Assembly: GCA_033764315.1 (NCBI GenBank)
Contig: JANRJA010000203.1
Coordinates: 1 to 64,000 of the forward strand
Reading direction: 5' to 3'
Source of the DNA: Oculatellaceae cyanobacterium bins.114
GTDB lineage: Bacteria; Cyanobacteriota; Cyanobacteriia; Elainellales; Elainellaceae
DNA: 64,000 nucleotides
The notes below the pieces were generated by a model. The model was given only the letters and a program-made list of their open reading frames with translations. It did not search any database and was not told the DNA's origin. Position numbers and translations under genes: made by a program. Position 1 is the stretch's first letter, and each line of letters starts with the position of its first letter. This document shows positions 39,005 to 48,635 of the stretch, piece after piece.

Positions 39005-40372
39005 CTAATAGTCCTCCTTAGGTGGACGGGTGACTCGTAAAATGAGCGCACTCAATCCTAGAAACCAAATCAGGGCGATCAAATAGGCCATTGACATTAA
39101 CTTACGTACTGATTGCTTAAGGCTAACCACATAATCGGCATGAACATCTAGCCCGATCGCCCCAACCACCACTCCACGAGAATTACGAATGGGCGCATAT
39201 GCAGCAAATTGGGCACCCCGTTGATCACGACTGACAAAGGTTGTGAGGCTGAGTTGCGAGAGCCCTTGATAAATAGCCGAGTTAGATTGATCGATTGTGA
39301 ATGGCTGCCGAAATGTCGTTGCCTGTTCAGGAGCAATCTTTCTTAAAACGTCTCCAATGATCAAGATCTCACGAGGCTGATCACCCCAGGTATAGCTGTA
39401 GGGATTGGCATAGGGAACTAGAGTATGCACTCGATAGAGCCATTCTTGATGGCTGCGATAGAGAGCATTATTAGTGGGTTCAGTTTGTCCAGCAAGCAGA
39501 GGAGTGCGGGTCAGGGTGGCAAACTCCTCGCCATTTACTCCATCCACTGTCGCATTCAACGCCTGCACCATCTCGCCTTTAATACGAGCAACCGTGGTCT
39601 CCCAAAGATAGTAGTAAAACCAATAAAACCCTAAAGTGACGATCGCCATATTGACAACAACAGTTGTCACCATCACAATCCATTTAGCGCGTTGGCGCGA
39701 TTGATAAAGTGCCAGTTTGGCCGCTTGACTAGCATCAATGTAGCGGTTTTGAAGCTCGGTTGGCTTAAGGTCTTGGTTGATGCTGCTTGCAAGCCACTGC
39801 TCAGCATCCTTTAAGTCGCTGCCCCGTAATAAATAGCTGTCGTTGTAGTCTTTGCGTTTCCACTCGATCGCCCGAACCAAAAGACGAGTGTGAGCATGGA
39901 TATAGTCAATATCTGTGTTGACTGCCTGGAGCAATTCTTGAAAGGCGTGATCGAAGTCATCCGTTTCTCGGAAAAAGATCCAGTTGTGTTTGCTGATTTG
40001 AGGGTGCACTTGTTGAGGATCAAATCCCTCTCGCCGCACGATTGGCAAAAAGCGTTTGTGGCAATGAGTCGCGTATTCAATTTCATCTCGACAAACCTTA
40101 GAGGTAACTGAGTCAGGGCTAATCACAAAAATGAATGTGCTAGCAGACTCAATGCCTCGTTGAATGGCTTGCCACCACTCTTCCCCTTTATAGATGTCAT
40201 TCCAATCAACCCACGGATCTTGCCCAACCCGCTTAAATGCCCCGTCTAGCATCTCAACAAATGCTTTATCTCGACGAGAGTAAGAGATAAATACCTCGTT
40301 GGTTGGTGCTTTAGTCTCACTGGGTTGTGATTGAGTATGAACAGCAATATTAGACGATTGACCCTCAAGCAT
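39005..40372 (-). CDS. TIR domain - helical linker - TM - Cache-like extracytoplasmic domain - TM protein
   Basis: VFISYSRRD, FIFVISPDSVTSKVCRDEI and FLPI (TIR_2); TM1 WIVMVTT...YYYLW; YAPIRNSRGVVVGAIGLD (Cache-like); TM2 near the C-terminus. Confidence 0.85.
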   Translation of the reverse strand: MLEGQSSNIAVHTQSQPSETKAPTNEVFISYSRRDKAFVEMLDGAFKRVGQDPWVDWNDIYKGEEWWQAIQRGIESASTFIFVISPDSVTSKVCRDEIEYATHCHKRFLPIVRREGFDPQQVHPQISKHNWIFFRETDDFDHAFQELLQAVNTDIDYIHAHTRLLVRAIEWKRKDYNDSYLLRGSDLKDAEQWLASSINQDLKPTELQNRYIDASQAAKLALYQSRQRAKWIVMVTTVVVNMAIVTLGFYWFYYYLWETTVARIKGEMVQALNATVDGVNGEEFATLTRTPLLAGQTEPTNNALYRSHQEWLYRVHTLVPYANPYSYTWGDQPREILIIGDVLRKIAPEQATTFRQPFTIDQSNSAIYQGLSQLSLTTFVSRDQRGAQFAAYAPIRNSRGVVVGAIGLDVHADYVVSLKQSVRKLMSMAYLIALIWFLGLSALILRVTRPPKEDY

Positions 40373-40487
40373 GATTGATGCCCCCGACAGCAGTGATTAT
40401 TTGCTTGTACTCACTCTAAACGACCGTTTTGAAAGGGTAAAGGATTAAACACTGAAGCGTAGAATAAGGTCGATTTTTATTCTTGAT

Positions 40488-40588
40488 GTTTTGCCAGCTA
40501 ACTGAGGACATAGAGGGTGTGGGGGCGGTGCCCCCAGCCAGGGGTTCCACCCCTGCACCCCGTCCTAACCTGAATGACTACGGCTATA
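40488..40588. mobile_element. GC-rich palindromic MITE/REP-like element
   Basis: nested hairpins GGGGGC-GGT-GCCCCC and AGGGGT-TCC-ACCCCT inside AGGAC...GTCCT; ends in GGCTATA. Confidence 0.55.
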
Positions 40589-40602
40589 CCTCTCATCTTG
40601 GC

Positions 40603-43383
40603 TCACGGTTTCTGCTGAAACTGTTGACAAGTGTTTTGAGCACCTGCGATCGCGTCTTTTTCAGACGGAGTCAGTTTTGCATTCAAGTGTGCCAAGAAAC
40701 TATAACCTTGAAACTGATTACAGGCGATCGCTAACCACCGTTGCCAGGTCATATCGTGCCAAAGATACAGCGTGCCCATCTCATCTCCAGTCACAATCGT
40801 GTGTCCGTCAGGTTGAAAAGCAACGGCAGAGATGACTTTACCTTGTTCTCTAAACGCCTGCCCCAGTGGATTGCCGTTGGTGTCCCACAGTCTCAGAGTG
40901 CCATCTTCACTGGTGCTCGCGATCGTTTTTCCATCAGGGCTATAGGCAACAGCCGTGATATAGCCTTCATGTCCTTGAAACGGACTGCCCAACAGCCTTT
41001 TTGCCTCGACATCCCACTGCCGCAAAATGCCATCGCCCCCTGCACTCACCACCACCTCTCCCGTTGGGTTAAAGGCAACAGCTGCAATGCCAAACTGCTG
41101 CTCTTCTTGAAAAACGGCTAGAGAACGCCCTTGCAGATCCCACAGGCGAATGGTGGAGTCATCGCCACTACTGGCAATCAAGTCTCCCTTTGGGCTAAAA
41201 GCCACCGATCGGACGCTGCTTTGATGTCTCTGAAAGGGTTGCCCTATCGGTCGCTGTTCTTTGACGCTCCATAACTGAATTGTGCCATCGTCGCTACCAC
41301 TGATAACCGTTTGACCATCGGGGCTGAAGGCGACCGATTGAATCGCCCCATCATGCTCTACCAAAGGTGCTCCGAGAGGTTGCCGTTGCTGCACATCCCA
41401 AAAGCGGAGTGAGCCATCAGCTCCAGCACTGACTAAAACGGTACCAGAGGGATCAAAAGCGATCGCATTCACCCCATCTGAATGGGCTTGCAACGGAGAA
41501 CCAACCTGTTTCCCAGTGATATCCCAAAAGCGAATGGTGCCATCGTCACTGGCACTGGCAAAGGTGCGATCGTGGGGATTAAAGGCGATGGATGGAATAG
41601 CATCGTCATGGGCTGACACCCGTTGACTTGTCATCAGATTTTGCACATTCCACAGGCGAATCGTGCGATCGGCACTGGCGCTAATCAAGGTTTCGCCATC
41701 TAAGCTAAACACAGCAGGAAAGACAAACCCCTCATGTCCGCGAATGGGGGTGCCGATCGCGTTGCCCTGCAAATCCCACAGGCGAATGGTGCGATCGTTA
41801 CTAGCACTAGCGATCGTCTGACCATCGGGACTAAAGACAACGGCTTGAATGGCAGATTCATGCCCAATGAACGGTAAGTCGATGGGGTTGCCCTCCAAAT
41901 CCCATAGACGCACCGTGTTGTCACTTCCTCCACTGATCAGCTTTTGACCATCAGGGCTAAAGGCAACGGTCAATACGGCACCGTCATGCCCTCGAAAGGG
42001 TTCTCCCTGCGGTTGTCCTTGACGATTCCACAGGCGAATGGTGTCATCTACACTGCCGCTAGCGATGATTTGACCATTAGGGCTAAATACAACACTATAC
42101 ACAGAGTCGCTGTGCCCCTCAAACGGTTTTCCGATTGCCTGCCCTGATACATCCCATAGGTACACCTTCCCATCATCACTCCCGCTGACGATCTGCTGGC
42201 TATCAGGGCTAATTGCCAGTGAGTTTACAGCCCGATTTTGGGCTTGAACTGATTCGCCAATCCGATGTCCATCTGCTGTCCATCGCACAATCCTACCGTT
42301 GGCATCACCACTGACAATCAGTTGCCCATCAGGACTCCAGGCGATCGCATAAATTTCGGAGTCACTCGCCTGAATTGGTTCCCCAATCGGCTCACCCGTT
42401 TCCAAATTCCAGAATCGCAGAACACCTTTATTATCAGTACTCGCTAATCGTGTTCTATCTGGATTCAGGGCGATCGCATAGATCTCTCCCTCATGCCCCA
42501 ACAAACGGTCTTTTTCTCGATTGCCCTGAATCGCGCTGAGTAAACTCGCTCGTGCTTCATCAAAGACCTCCTGTGAAGGGTTTTGTAGACTAGTACCGAT
42601 CGTGTGTAGTGCCAAAATCAATCCACTGGTTGGCTTTACCGCCATCAAATTATTGACTCGTGCGACTCTTTCCCGTAACTCTGCCTCAGCTCGTCGATGG
42701 TGTTCTGCCTTACGATATTGCTCAAATGCAATTAGGGTTGAAGTTGCCGTAATCACCAACCCCAGTGAAATGGCACCTATCGTTAAGCGTTCTCGTCGAA
42801 CCACTTTGCGGCTGGTACAAACAAAATCGATCTGCAAGGGCGCAGGTTGAGGATCTTTAGTTCCTGCCTCAGTCAGCCATCGTTCTGCCTTTCTTAAGTC
42901 ACGGCCTCTCAGCAAACAACTTGAGTCTTGTCCTTGCTCCTTCCATTCGTTGGCTCGCACCAACAGCCGAGTGTGAAAGGTAACGTGTTCCAGGTCGGTT
43001 TCGAGTGTCTTGATTAACTTTGCAACCGATTCATCAAAGGAATTCGTTTCTTTGAAAAAAATCCAGTTGATGGACGCCAAGGTTGGATGAACCTGGCCGT
43101 ATTGCACCTCTTTGCAGACGATCGGGATAAGCCGCTTACTAGAGGCGACCGCCAGTTCTAACTCAATACTGCATTCTCGTGATGCCACCCATTCTGGGCT
43201 GAGCACAAAAACAACCGCATTGGCTTGTTTAATGCCATCAGCAATTTCAGCCCGCCAATCCGCACTGGGGGGAATATCTTCCCAATCGATCCAGACATCC
43301 TTACCCTGCCCCACTAAAAAACTGTGGAGTTTATCAACAAATTCCTTATCTCTACGACAGTAGGAAATAAATACATCTGTCAT
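40603..43383 (-). CDS. TIR domain - helical linker - TM - 14x WD40 repeat protein
   Basis: MTDVFISYCRRD, VFVLSPEWVASRECSIEL and LIPI; one TM helix after RKVVRRER; 14 GH..V..VAFSPDG...W-type repeats; GGAGG before ATG 43383. Confidence 0.92.
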   Translation of the reverse strand: MTDVFISYCRRDKEFVDKLHSFLVGQGKDVWIDWEDIPPSADWRAEIADGIKQANAVVFVLSPEWVASRECSIELELAVASSKRLIPIVCKEVQYGQVHPTLASINWIFFKETNSFDESVAKLIKTLETDLEHVTFHTRLLVRANEWKEQGQDSSCLLRGRDLRKAERWLTEAGTKDPQPAPLQIDFVCTSRKVVRRERLTIGAISLGLVITATSTLIAFEQYRKAEHHRRAEAELRERVARVNNLMAVKPTSGLILALHTIGTSLQNPSQEVFDEARASLLSAIQGNREKDRLLGHEGEIYAIALNPDRTRLASTDNKGVLRFWNLETGEPIGEPIQASDSEIYAIAWSPDGQLIVSGDANGRIVRWTADGHRIGESVQAQNRAVNSLAISPDSQQIVSGSDDGKVYLWDVSGQAIGKPFEGHSDSVYSVVFSPNGQIIASGSVDDTIRLWNRQGQPQGEPFRGHDGAVLTVAFSPDGQKLISGGSDNTVRLWDLEGNPIDLPFIGHESAIQAVVFSPDGQTIASASNDRTIRLWDLQGNAIGTPIRGHEGFVFPAVFSLDGETLISASADRTIRLWNVQNLMTSQRVSAHDDAIPSIAFNPHDRTFASASDDGTIRFWDITGKQVGSPLQAHSDGVNAIAFDPSGTVLVSAGADGSLRFWDVQQRQPLGAPLVEHDGAIQSVAFSPDGQTVISGSDDGTIQLWSVKEQRPIGQPFQRHQSSVRSVAFSPKGDLIASSGDDSTIRLWDLQGRSLAVFQEEQQFGIAAVAFNPTGEVVVSAGGDGILRQWDVEAKRLLGSPFQGHEGYITAVAYSPDGKTIASTSEDGTLRLWDTNGNPLGQAFREQGKVISAVAFQPDGHTIVTGDEMGTLYLWHDMTWQRWLAIACNQFQGYSFLAHLNAKLTPSEKDAIAGAQNTCQQFQQKP

Positions 43384-43420
43384 GGTGCCTCCAGCTTGGC
43401 GGAAGTGGCAGTTGCAAAGA

Positions 43421-43696
43421 TTAAGAAGGTCGTGGAGCCGGAGAACGTGGAGTCGGAGATGGAGTGGTCGTTTCACAGGGACCAAGACGGGAAGTCTCCT
43501 GACGCCGACAGGGAGGAGTTCTCACTGCTTTGGGTTCGCCTGTTTTGGATAGGGTGGTATGAGGCGATTCTCCTTTGAGGGCGATCGCTGCTGCATATAA
43601 AGGTGTTGTAGCAATTAACGGCAACAAAGCCCCTGTGATGAGAGTAGCTCCTAATAGTAGGCTTGCGAGTTTATCTTTATATCTAGTTTGAGTCAT
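43421..43696 (-). CDS. small secreted Pro-rich protein
   Basis: Sec-like signal (basic N-terminus, hydrophobic core, Ala-rich end); ATGA overlap with the upstream gene; one Cys pair (PPCRRQETSRLGPC). Confidence 0.65.
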   Translation of the reverse strand: MTQTRYKDKLASLLLGATLITGALLPLIATTPLYAAAIALKGESPHTTLSKTGEPKAVRTPPCRRQETSRLGPCETTTPSPTPRSPAPRPS

Positions 43697-44406
43697 CTTC
43701 TTCCCTCACCCCAGTTACCAGAAGGACGAACCCTTCTTCCATCAAAACGAACAATGGGTCCTTCAATGCTAGTGCCGTCTGCGTTACAAACTTCAATTTC
43801 TCTTACAATTTGCTCTTGGCCATCACTGTATACACCTCTAAAGTCATAAAGACATTCGTTGGAGTCAACAGGAATTATGGCTATATCACCCGGAGATAGC
43901 TCCTGTGCAATTAGATCTTCACCCCAGTCGGCTTGAGTGACCGGAGTGAAATAAATTTCTAATAACGGAAGATCAGCCGTGTTTTGGATATTAAACGTTC
44001 TATCGTTGTCGTCGTAGTAGGTGTAAGTACCCTCGTCAATGCAGAGATCGACCTGATTTTCGTCAATGGGTGGTCCTTGATCAAACACACCTCGGACATC
44101 ATAGAAACAGTCACTCCGACTGTCATCCACAACAATTTCTCGGACATCTCCCGGAGCAACCGAATCACCCTGCAACTTCTCAGCTTCTTCTTCCCAGGTA
44201 GATACATCGGTTGGCGAGACATAAAACTCCAACAACGTATAGTCTGTGAAGTTTTCAACCGTAAATGATAAGGGATCGCTCAGCTCATCTTGAGCCAATG
44301 CTCGTTGACCCCTAAAGGGGAAGTGCGTTGCATCGCCTCCCCAAGTCAAAATGGGTAAAGTCACAGCAGTTGCGATCAGAACTGAGTGACCCAGGTTTTT
44401 AAGCAT
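43693..44406 (-). CDS. secreted acidic protein with two tandem beta-rich, two-Cys domains
   Basis: signal ending ...ALA|QD; two copies of F...N.T...LLE.Y..P....W.E.....PG.....D...C.YD.RGV..G.......C; AGGAG before ATG 44406. Confidence 0.8.
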   Translation of the reverse strand: MLKNLGHSVLIATAVTLPILTWGGDATHFPFRGQRALAQDELSDPLSFTVENFTDYTLLEFYVSPTDVSTWEEEAEKLQGDSVAPGDVREIVVDDSRSDCFYDVRGVFDQGPPIDENQVDLCIDEGTYTYYDDNDRTFNIQNTADLPLLEIYFTPVTQADWGEDLIAQELSPGDIAIIPVDSNECLYDFRGVYSDGQEQIVREIEVCNADGTSIEGPIVRFDGRRVRPSGNWGEGRR

Positions 44407-44564
44407 GGTAGTTCTCCTGAGCGACGGGCAGATTGATCTGGATAAGTACACCGCAATTGATTATTACTTAAGTATTGATACGTAGCTTTATAGAATTTAT
44501 GCGGAGTGTCATCCAGTTTTGCAGGTTGGGCGACCAATGGTTGAGAGTGCTGAGTGCTGGCTCG

Positions 44565-45797
44565 TCAGGGTGAATTCAGGTTAAACAATTGCCCACACAA
44601 GCCCAGCAAACCACCAGCAATCACGAGCCAAGCGGAGTTGACCTTGTAGTAGAACAGTGCGATCGCCCCTATTACCGCAATCCCAATCGTCAACCAATCG
44701 ACGATCGCAGCTTGTCCCAGTTGCCAGGTGACAACCGCCATTAACCCCAATGAGGCAGCATTGACTCCATCTAAAAAGCCGCTTGCCCAGGTTGATTGAC
44801 GCAACTTGGGCACCCAGGGATTGATGATCGCCACTAAGACAAATGCTGGGAGAAAAATGCCAATCGTGCCTGCGATCGCCCCGGCATTGCCTGCTAATAG
44901 GTAGCCCACAAACGTAGCGGTGGTAAACACGGGACCAGGGGTTAACTGCCCAACCGCGATCGCATCCAGCAGTTGTTGAGAAGTAAGCCACTGAGTTCTC
45001 TCGACGAGTTCTCGTTGCAAAAACGCCAACAACACATAGCCACTGCCATACAGCACGGCACCAATCTTGAGAAAAAATAGGAAGACTCGAATCCAATTAG
45101 GAGAACCGTATGCCCCAACCCCGCTGCCGACTTGGGCCAACAGACTGGGAATCGGTAACATCAACGCAGAAGCCGTTGTGCTGCCACCCCGTCCTCGGTT
45201 CTTAATCAGCATCACTGCGGCTCCAGCCAAGAGCAGCAACACGATCTCGTCACCACCCAAGAAAAAGGCAACGATGACAGCAATACCTGCCACGATAGTG
45301 GGAAGATCTTTAGCTGCCGATTTGCCTAACTTCCAGAGTGCCTGGAGCACAACTGCAATAATGATGGGCTTAATGCCATAGAGCAACCATCCCAACTCAG
45401 GTAATTCTTGATAACGAGCATAAAGCGCGGCTAATACCCAGACAATCCCCATCGCTGGGAGAATAAAGCACGTTCCGGCGATCGCCAATCCCCACAACCC
45501 AGATCGCTCATAGCCAATGTGAATGGCCAATTCCGTTGAGTTTGGCCCTGGAATCAGGTTGGTGACTCCCAGCAAATCCAGTAATTTTTCTTCAGTAAAC
45601 CACTTGCGCCGCTTCACAAACTCATCGTTCATCATGGCGATGTGGGCTGCTGGTCCCCCAAAGGCGATCGTTCCTAGCCTAAAAAAGCCGATCGCCAACT
45701 CCTTGAGCCGTTGTCGTTTTTGCTCAGGTTCTAGCGTCTCATAAGGAGGAGACTCACTGATGTCAGTGGTTTCAGGCTTATCAATTTCGTGGGACAT
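44565..45797 (-). CDS. chrA: chromate efflux transporter (CHR family, long chain)
   Basis: AFGGPAAH, IPGPNST, LYGSGYV and QLTPGPVF in two homologous halves. Confidence 0.93.
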   Translation of the reverse strand: MSHEIDKPETTDISESPPYETLEPEQKRQRLKELAIGFFRLGTIAFGGPAAHIAMMNDEFVKRRKWFTEEKLLDLLGVTNLIPGPNSTELAIHIGYERSGLWGLAIAGTCFILPAMGIVWVLAALYARYQELPELGWLLYGIKPIIIAVVLQALWKLGKSAAKDLPTIVAGIAVIVAFFLGGDEIVLLLLAGAAVMLIKNRGRGGSTTASALMLPIPSLLAQVGSGVGAYGSPNWIRVFLFFLKIGAVLYGSGYVLLAFLQRELVERTQWLTSQQLLDAIAVGQLTPGPVFTTATFVGYLLAGNAGAIAGTIGIFLPAFVLVAIINPWVPKLRQSTWASGFLDGVNAASLGLMAVVTWQLGQAAIVDWLTIGIAVIGAIALFYYKVNSAWLVIAGGLLGLCGQLFNLNSP

Positions 45798-46162
45798 AGC
45801 TCAACGACTGCGATCGCACAGATAACTACTTTCAAACTCTTCCACGTTTCCTCAATAGATTCAATTAAAACTGGGTTAACTCCGGGCTAGGTGTCACGTG
45901 CTGAGTGAGGGCTAAGCCGTGCTGCGTACTGAGTAGGAGGGTTAGACAGTAGGAAAGGATAGCCTGTCATCCTTCATTCTTTTCTTTCCTATCTTTTCCC
46001 TCTTCTCTTCTTTCTTCTTTTTTCTTTCTTCCTTCTTCCTCCTTTCCTCCGACAGAAGCGAAATCGCACACGATCATGATATTTCTGGCACAGCACTCAG
46101 CAATCAGGTGTTTGCCATATTGCCCGTTTAAGAGTGCTAGATGGTTGCGTGGAGGATGTGAT

Positions 46163-48598
46163 ATGAGGTGGATGTCGGTAGGCGATAACCCAATTAGAGT
46201 AACGGCTTCGCATCGTCTACATCAGTTGCCGCTGGTGTTAGCCGGTCCCATGCTACGACGAACTGAGGCAGATGCGGTGACGGTTTGGGTTGCCTTGCAA
46301 CACGCCTGTGTCGTGACACTCCAGGTTTATGCCACCCAGGATCAGGGAAATCAACTCGATCGCCTGATGTTATCGGGCACTCGTGAAACGATCGCTGTCG
46401 GTCAGCACCTACATATCGTGGCCGTTACAGCGATTCCAGTGGCGGACGACAACCCCGTTTCGCATCACCTCACCCCCGATAGCTTGTACGCCTATGACCT
46501 CCGCTTTAGCCCACTACAAACGGATGAGCGACAAGACATCCCGACAGATCTAACGATCTCAGATCTAACGTTGTTAGAGGCCATCCAAACCCCGTTTAGT
46601 GGTGAGACTTCCATCAGTTATTTTCAGCATCAGTTACCGACCTTTGCCTTACCTCCCTCTGATTTAAACCAACTCAACATCGTTCATGGTTCCTGCCGCA
46701 AACCCCACGGCAGCGGACGGGATGCCCTAATTTTTCTAGATCAGTTGTTGGAGCGGAATAGCCATGACCCCAACGCTAGACCCCATCAAGTGTTTTTGAC
46801 AGGCGATCAAATTTATGGAGATGATGTGGCCGATCCCTGGTTGTGGTTACTAACCGATATTGGGGACACCGTGTTGGGGTGGCAAGAGCAGTTGCCGTTA
46901 GATCACGAGAGCACTATTCTGGCCCATCAATATCCACCTGGACAACGCAGTGAGTTGGCTGAAACCCAAGCTGGACTGACCGCTGGGCTGAAAAATAAAC
47001 CGGAATATGCCAAAAGCCATCTGTTAAGCTTTAGCGAATATTGTGCAACGTATTTGTTAGCGTGGTCGCCTGTACTCCATCCACCGACGCTGCCAAATCA
47101 GCCACCCGATCTGCTCAAGGGGCGATCGCGATCGTGGCGACAAGAAGTTAAAGCCTTGCGGCAGTTTACTCAACAACTCTGGCGAGTGCGTCGAGCCTTA
47201 GCAAATACCCCCACTTACACCGTGTTTGATGACCACGACATTAGCGATGATTGGTATCTCAATCAAGCCTGGTGTTTGCGCGTGTTAGGCAAACCCTTAG
47301 GCAGACGGGTGGTGCAAAACGGCTTACAAGCCTATGCTCTGTTTCAAGGGTGGGGCAACACACCTGACCAATTTGTCGCAGGGCAAGCGGGTGAAACCCT
47401 GTTGCAAGCGATCGCCCACTGGTCAGCCACACAGGGCAAAGATGTCAAAGCAGATCAGACGATCGCCTCTCTTTTAGGGTTGCCGCCGCAAAACCCCCAC
47501 ACAGGGTTGCCCCAGTTTACGCGAGATGGAGAAACGTTAATTTTAGACCGCGATCGCGGTGCTTTGGATTGGCACTACACAGTGCGAGGCGATCGCCACG
47601 AAGTAATTGTGTTAGATACTCGAACCTGGCGCGGCTATCCTGCTGAGCGATCGCCCAAAGCACCCCCCATGTTGTTGAGTCCAACTGCATTTGAGCGACA
47701 ACTGCAAACTCCCTTACAACTCACCGACCAACTCAACCAGTCTGGTGCTCAGATTGAACTGACGCTTGTGATTGCTCCTACTAATCTGGTTCATATGCGA
47801 GCCATTGACTGGGTGCAACAGTTAAATCTCAAACAGGGCAATGTTTACAACAACGATGTGGGCGATGCCTGGAACCTCCACAAAGGGGCATTGGCAGCAT
47901 TGTTGGCAACGCTATTTGAGCAGCGCGATCGCATTGTTGTGTTGTCAGGTGACATTCATTATGGGTATGCAACCCGGCTCAACTATTGGTCACAGACACC
48001 ATCAGCGATGGCTCCATCAAAGCCCCCTAAAACGCCACATGTCTTAGCACAGTTAACTTCTAGTGCCTTTAAAAACGCGGAGTGGAAAACGCAAATTGTT
48101 CACACTAAACTCAAGGCGATCGCACCAGAACCCTCACAATATTGGTTGGGTTGGCAATCTCCTCTGTTAGAACAGTTGCCAGACGCCCCCATTGCCAAAC
48201 AAATTCACTCTTTTTGGAGAAATCCAGAAAAAGTATGGACTGCTGCTCTTCAAAACTCGCCAGATCCACCGGATTGGTTCTATCGCCTGGATTGGATCAA
48301 ACGCCAACCTGCTCAACTAGCTTTTGAAGTAACTTTTCCTCCCGAAAAAAGTCAACAGGGCTGGCTCCCTCGCCTCTTACAACCGATGAGTTGGCTATGG
48401 CGCAATCGTTGGCTGCAAGAAGGCCCCGAAGTCGTTGGTCACAATAACTTAGGAGTGGTGCGGTTTCAATGGTCTGAGTCTAAAACTGTGATTCAAGATC
48501 TATATTGGCTTGCCCCCTGGCACCCCAATCAAGTCATCACTAGCCGCTTTGAGGTTCCCCTGACGCTTGATCCGTCACCCACTCTCAATCACAAATGA
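46163..48598 (+). CDS. PhoD-like metallophosphatase
   Basis: GSCRKPH, TGDQIYGDDV, FDDHDISDDW, LDTRT and LSGDIHY; GGAGG before ATG 46163; no signal peptide. Confidence 0.85.
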   Translation: MRWMSVGDNPIRVTASHRLHQLPLVLAGPMLRRTEADAVTVWVALQHACVVTLQVYATQDQGNQLDRLMLSGTRETIAVGQHLHIVAVTAIPVADDNPVSHHLTPDSLYAYDLRFSPLQTDERQDIPTDLTISDLTLLEAIQTPFSGETSISYFQHQLPTFALPPSDLNQLNIVHGSCRKPHGSGRDALIFLDQLLERNSHDPNARPHQVFLTGDQIYGDDVADPWLWLLTDIGDTVLGWQEQLPLDHESTILAHQYPPGQRSELAETQAGLTAGLKNKPEYAKSHLLSFSEYCATYLLAWSPVLHPPTLPNQPPDLLKGRSRSWRQEVKALRQFTQQLWRVRRALANTPTYTVFDDHDISDDWYLNQAWCLRVLGKPLGRRVVQNGLQAYALFQGWGNTPDQFVAGQAGETLLQAIAHWSATQGKDVKADQTIASLLGLPPQNPHTGLPQFTRDGETLILDRDRGALDWHYTVRGDRHEVIVLDTRTWRGYPAERSPKAPPMLLSPTAFERQLQTPLQLTDQLNQSGAQIELTLVIAPTNLVHMRAIDWVQQLNLKQGNVYNNDVGDAWNLHKGALAALLATLFEQRDRIVVLSGDIHYGYATRLNYWSQTPSAMAPSKPPKTPHVLAQLTSSAFKNAEWKTQIVHTKLKAIAPEPSQYWLGWQSPLLEQLPDAPIAKQIHSFWRNPEKVWTAALQNSPDPPDWFYRLDWIKRQPAQLAFEVTFPPEKSQQGWLPRLLQPMSWLWRNRWLQEGPEVVGHNNLGVVRFQWSESKTVIQDLYWLAPWHPNQVITSRFEVPLTLDPSPTLNHK

Positions 48599-48635
48599 CA
48601 TCGTCAAGCGATGACGGACTCATAACGATTGGCTC

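Noticed and set aside
38811-39008. 65-aa ORF with KTQNPKL repeats
   Set aside because: It is simply the translation of the heptamer DNA repeat; there is no evidence of coding function
39005-43383. Calling the TIR pair a Thoeris or Avs/NLR defence system
   Set aside because: There is no ThsA-like SIR2/Macro effector and no STAND/NACHT P-loop in either protein
43384-43485. N-terminal extension of the TIR-WD40 ORF
   Set aside because: It overlaps the small secreted ORF; ATG 43383 has a GGAGG site and starts exactly at the TIR domain
43590-44655. HIP1-free stretch as evidence of horizontal transfer of the TIR cluster
   Set aside because: It is only about 1 kb, and the TIR genes themselves contain many HIP1 sites
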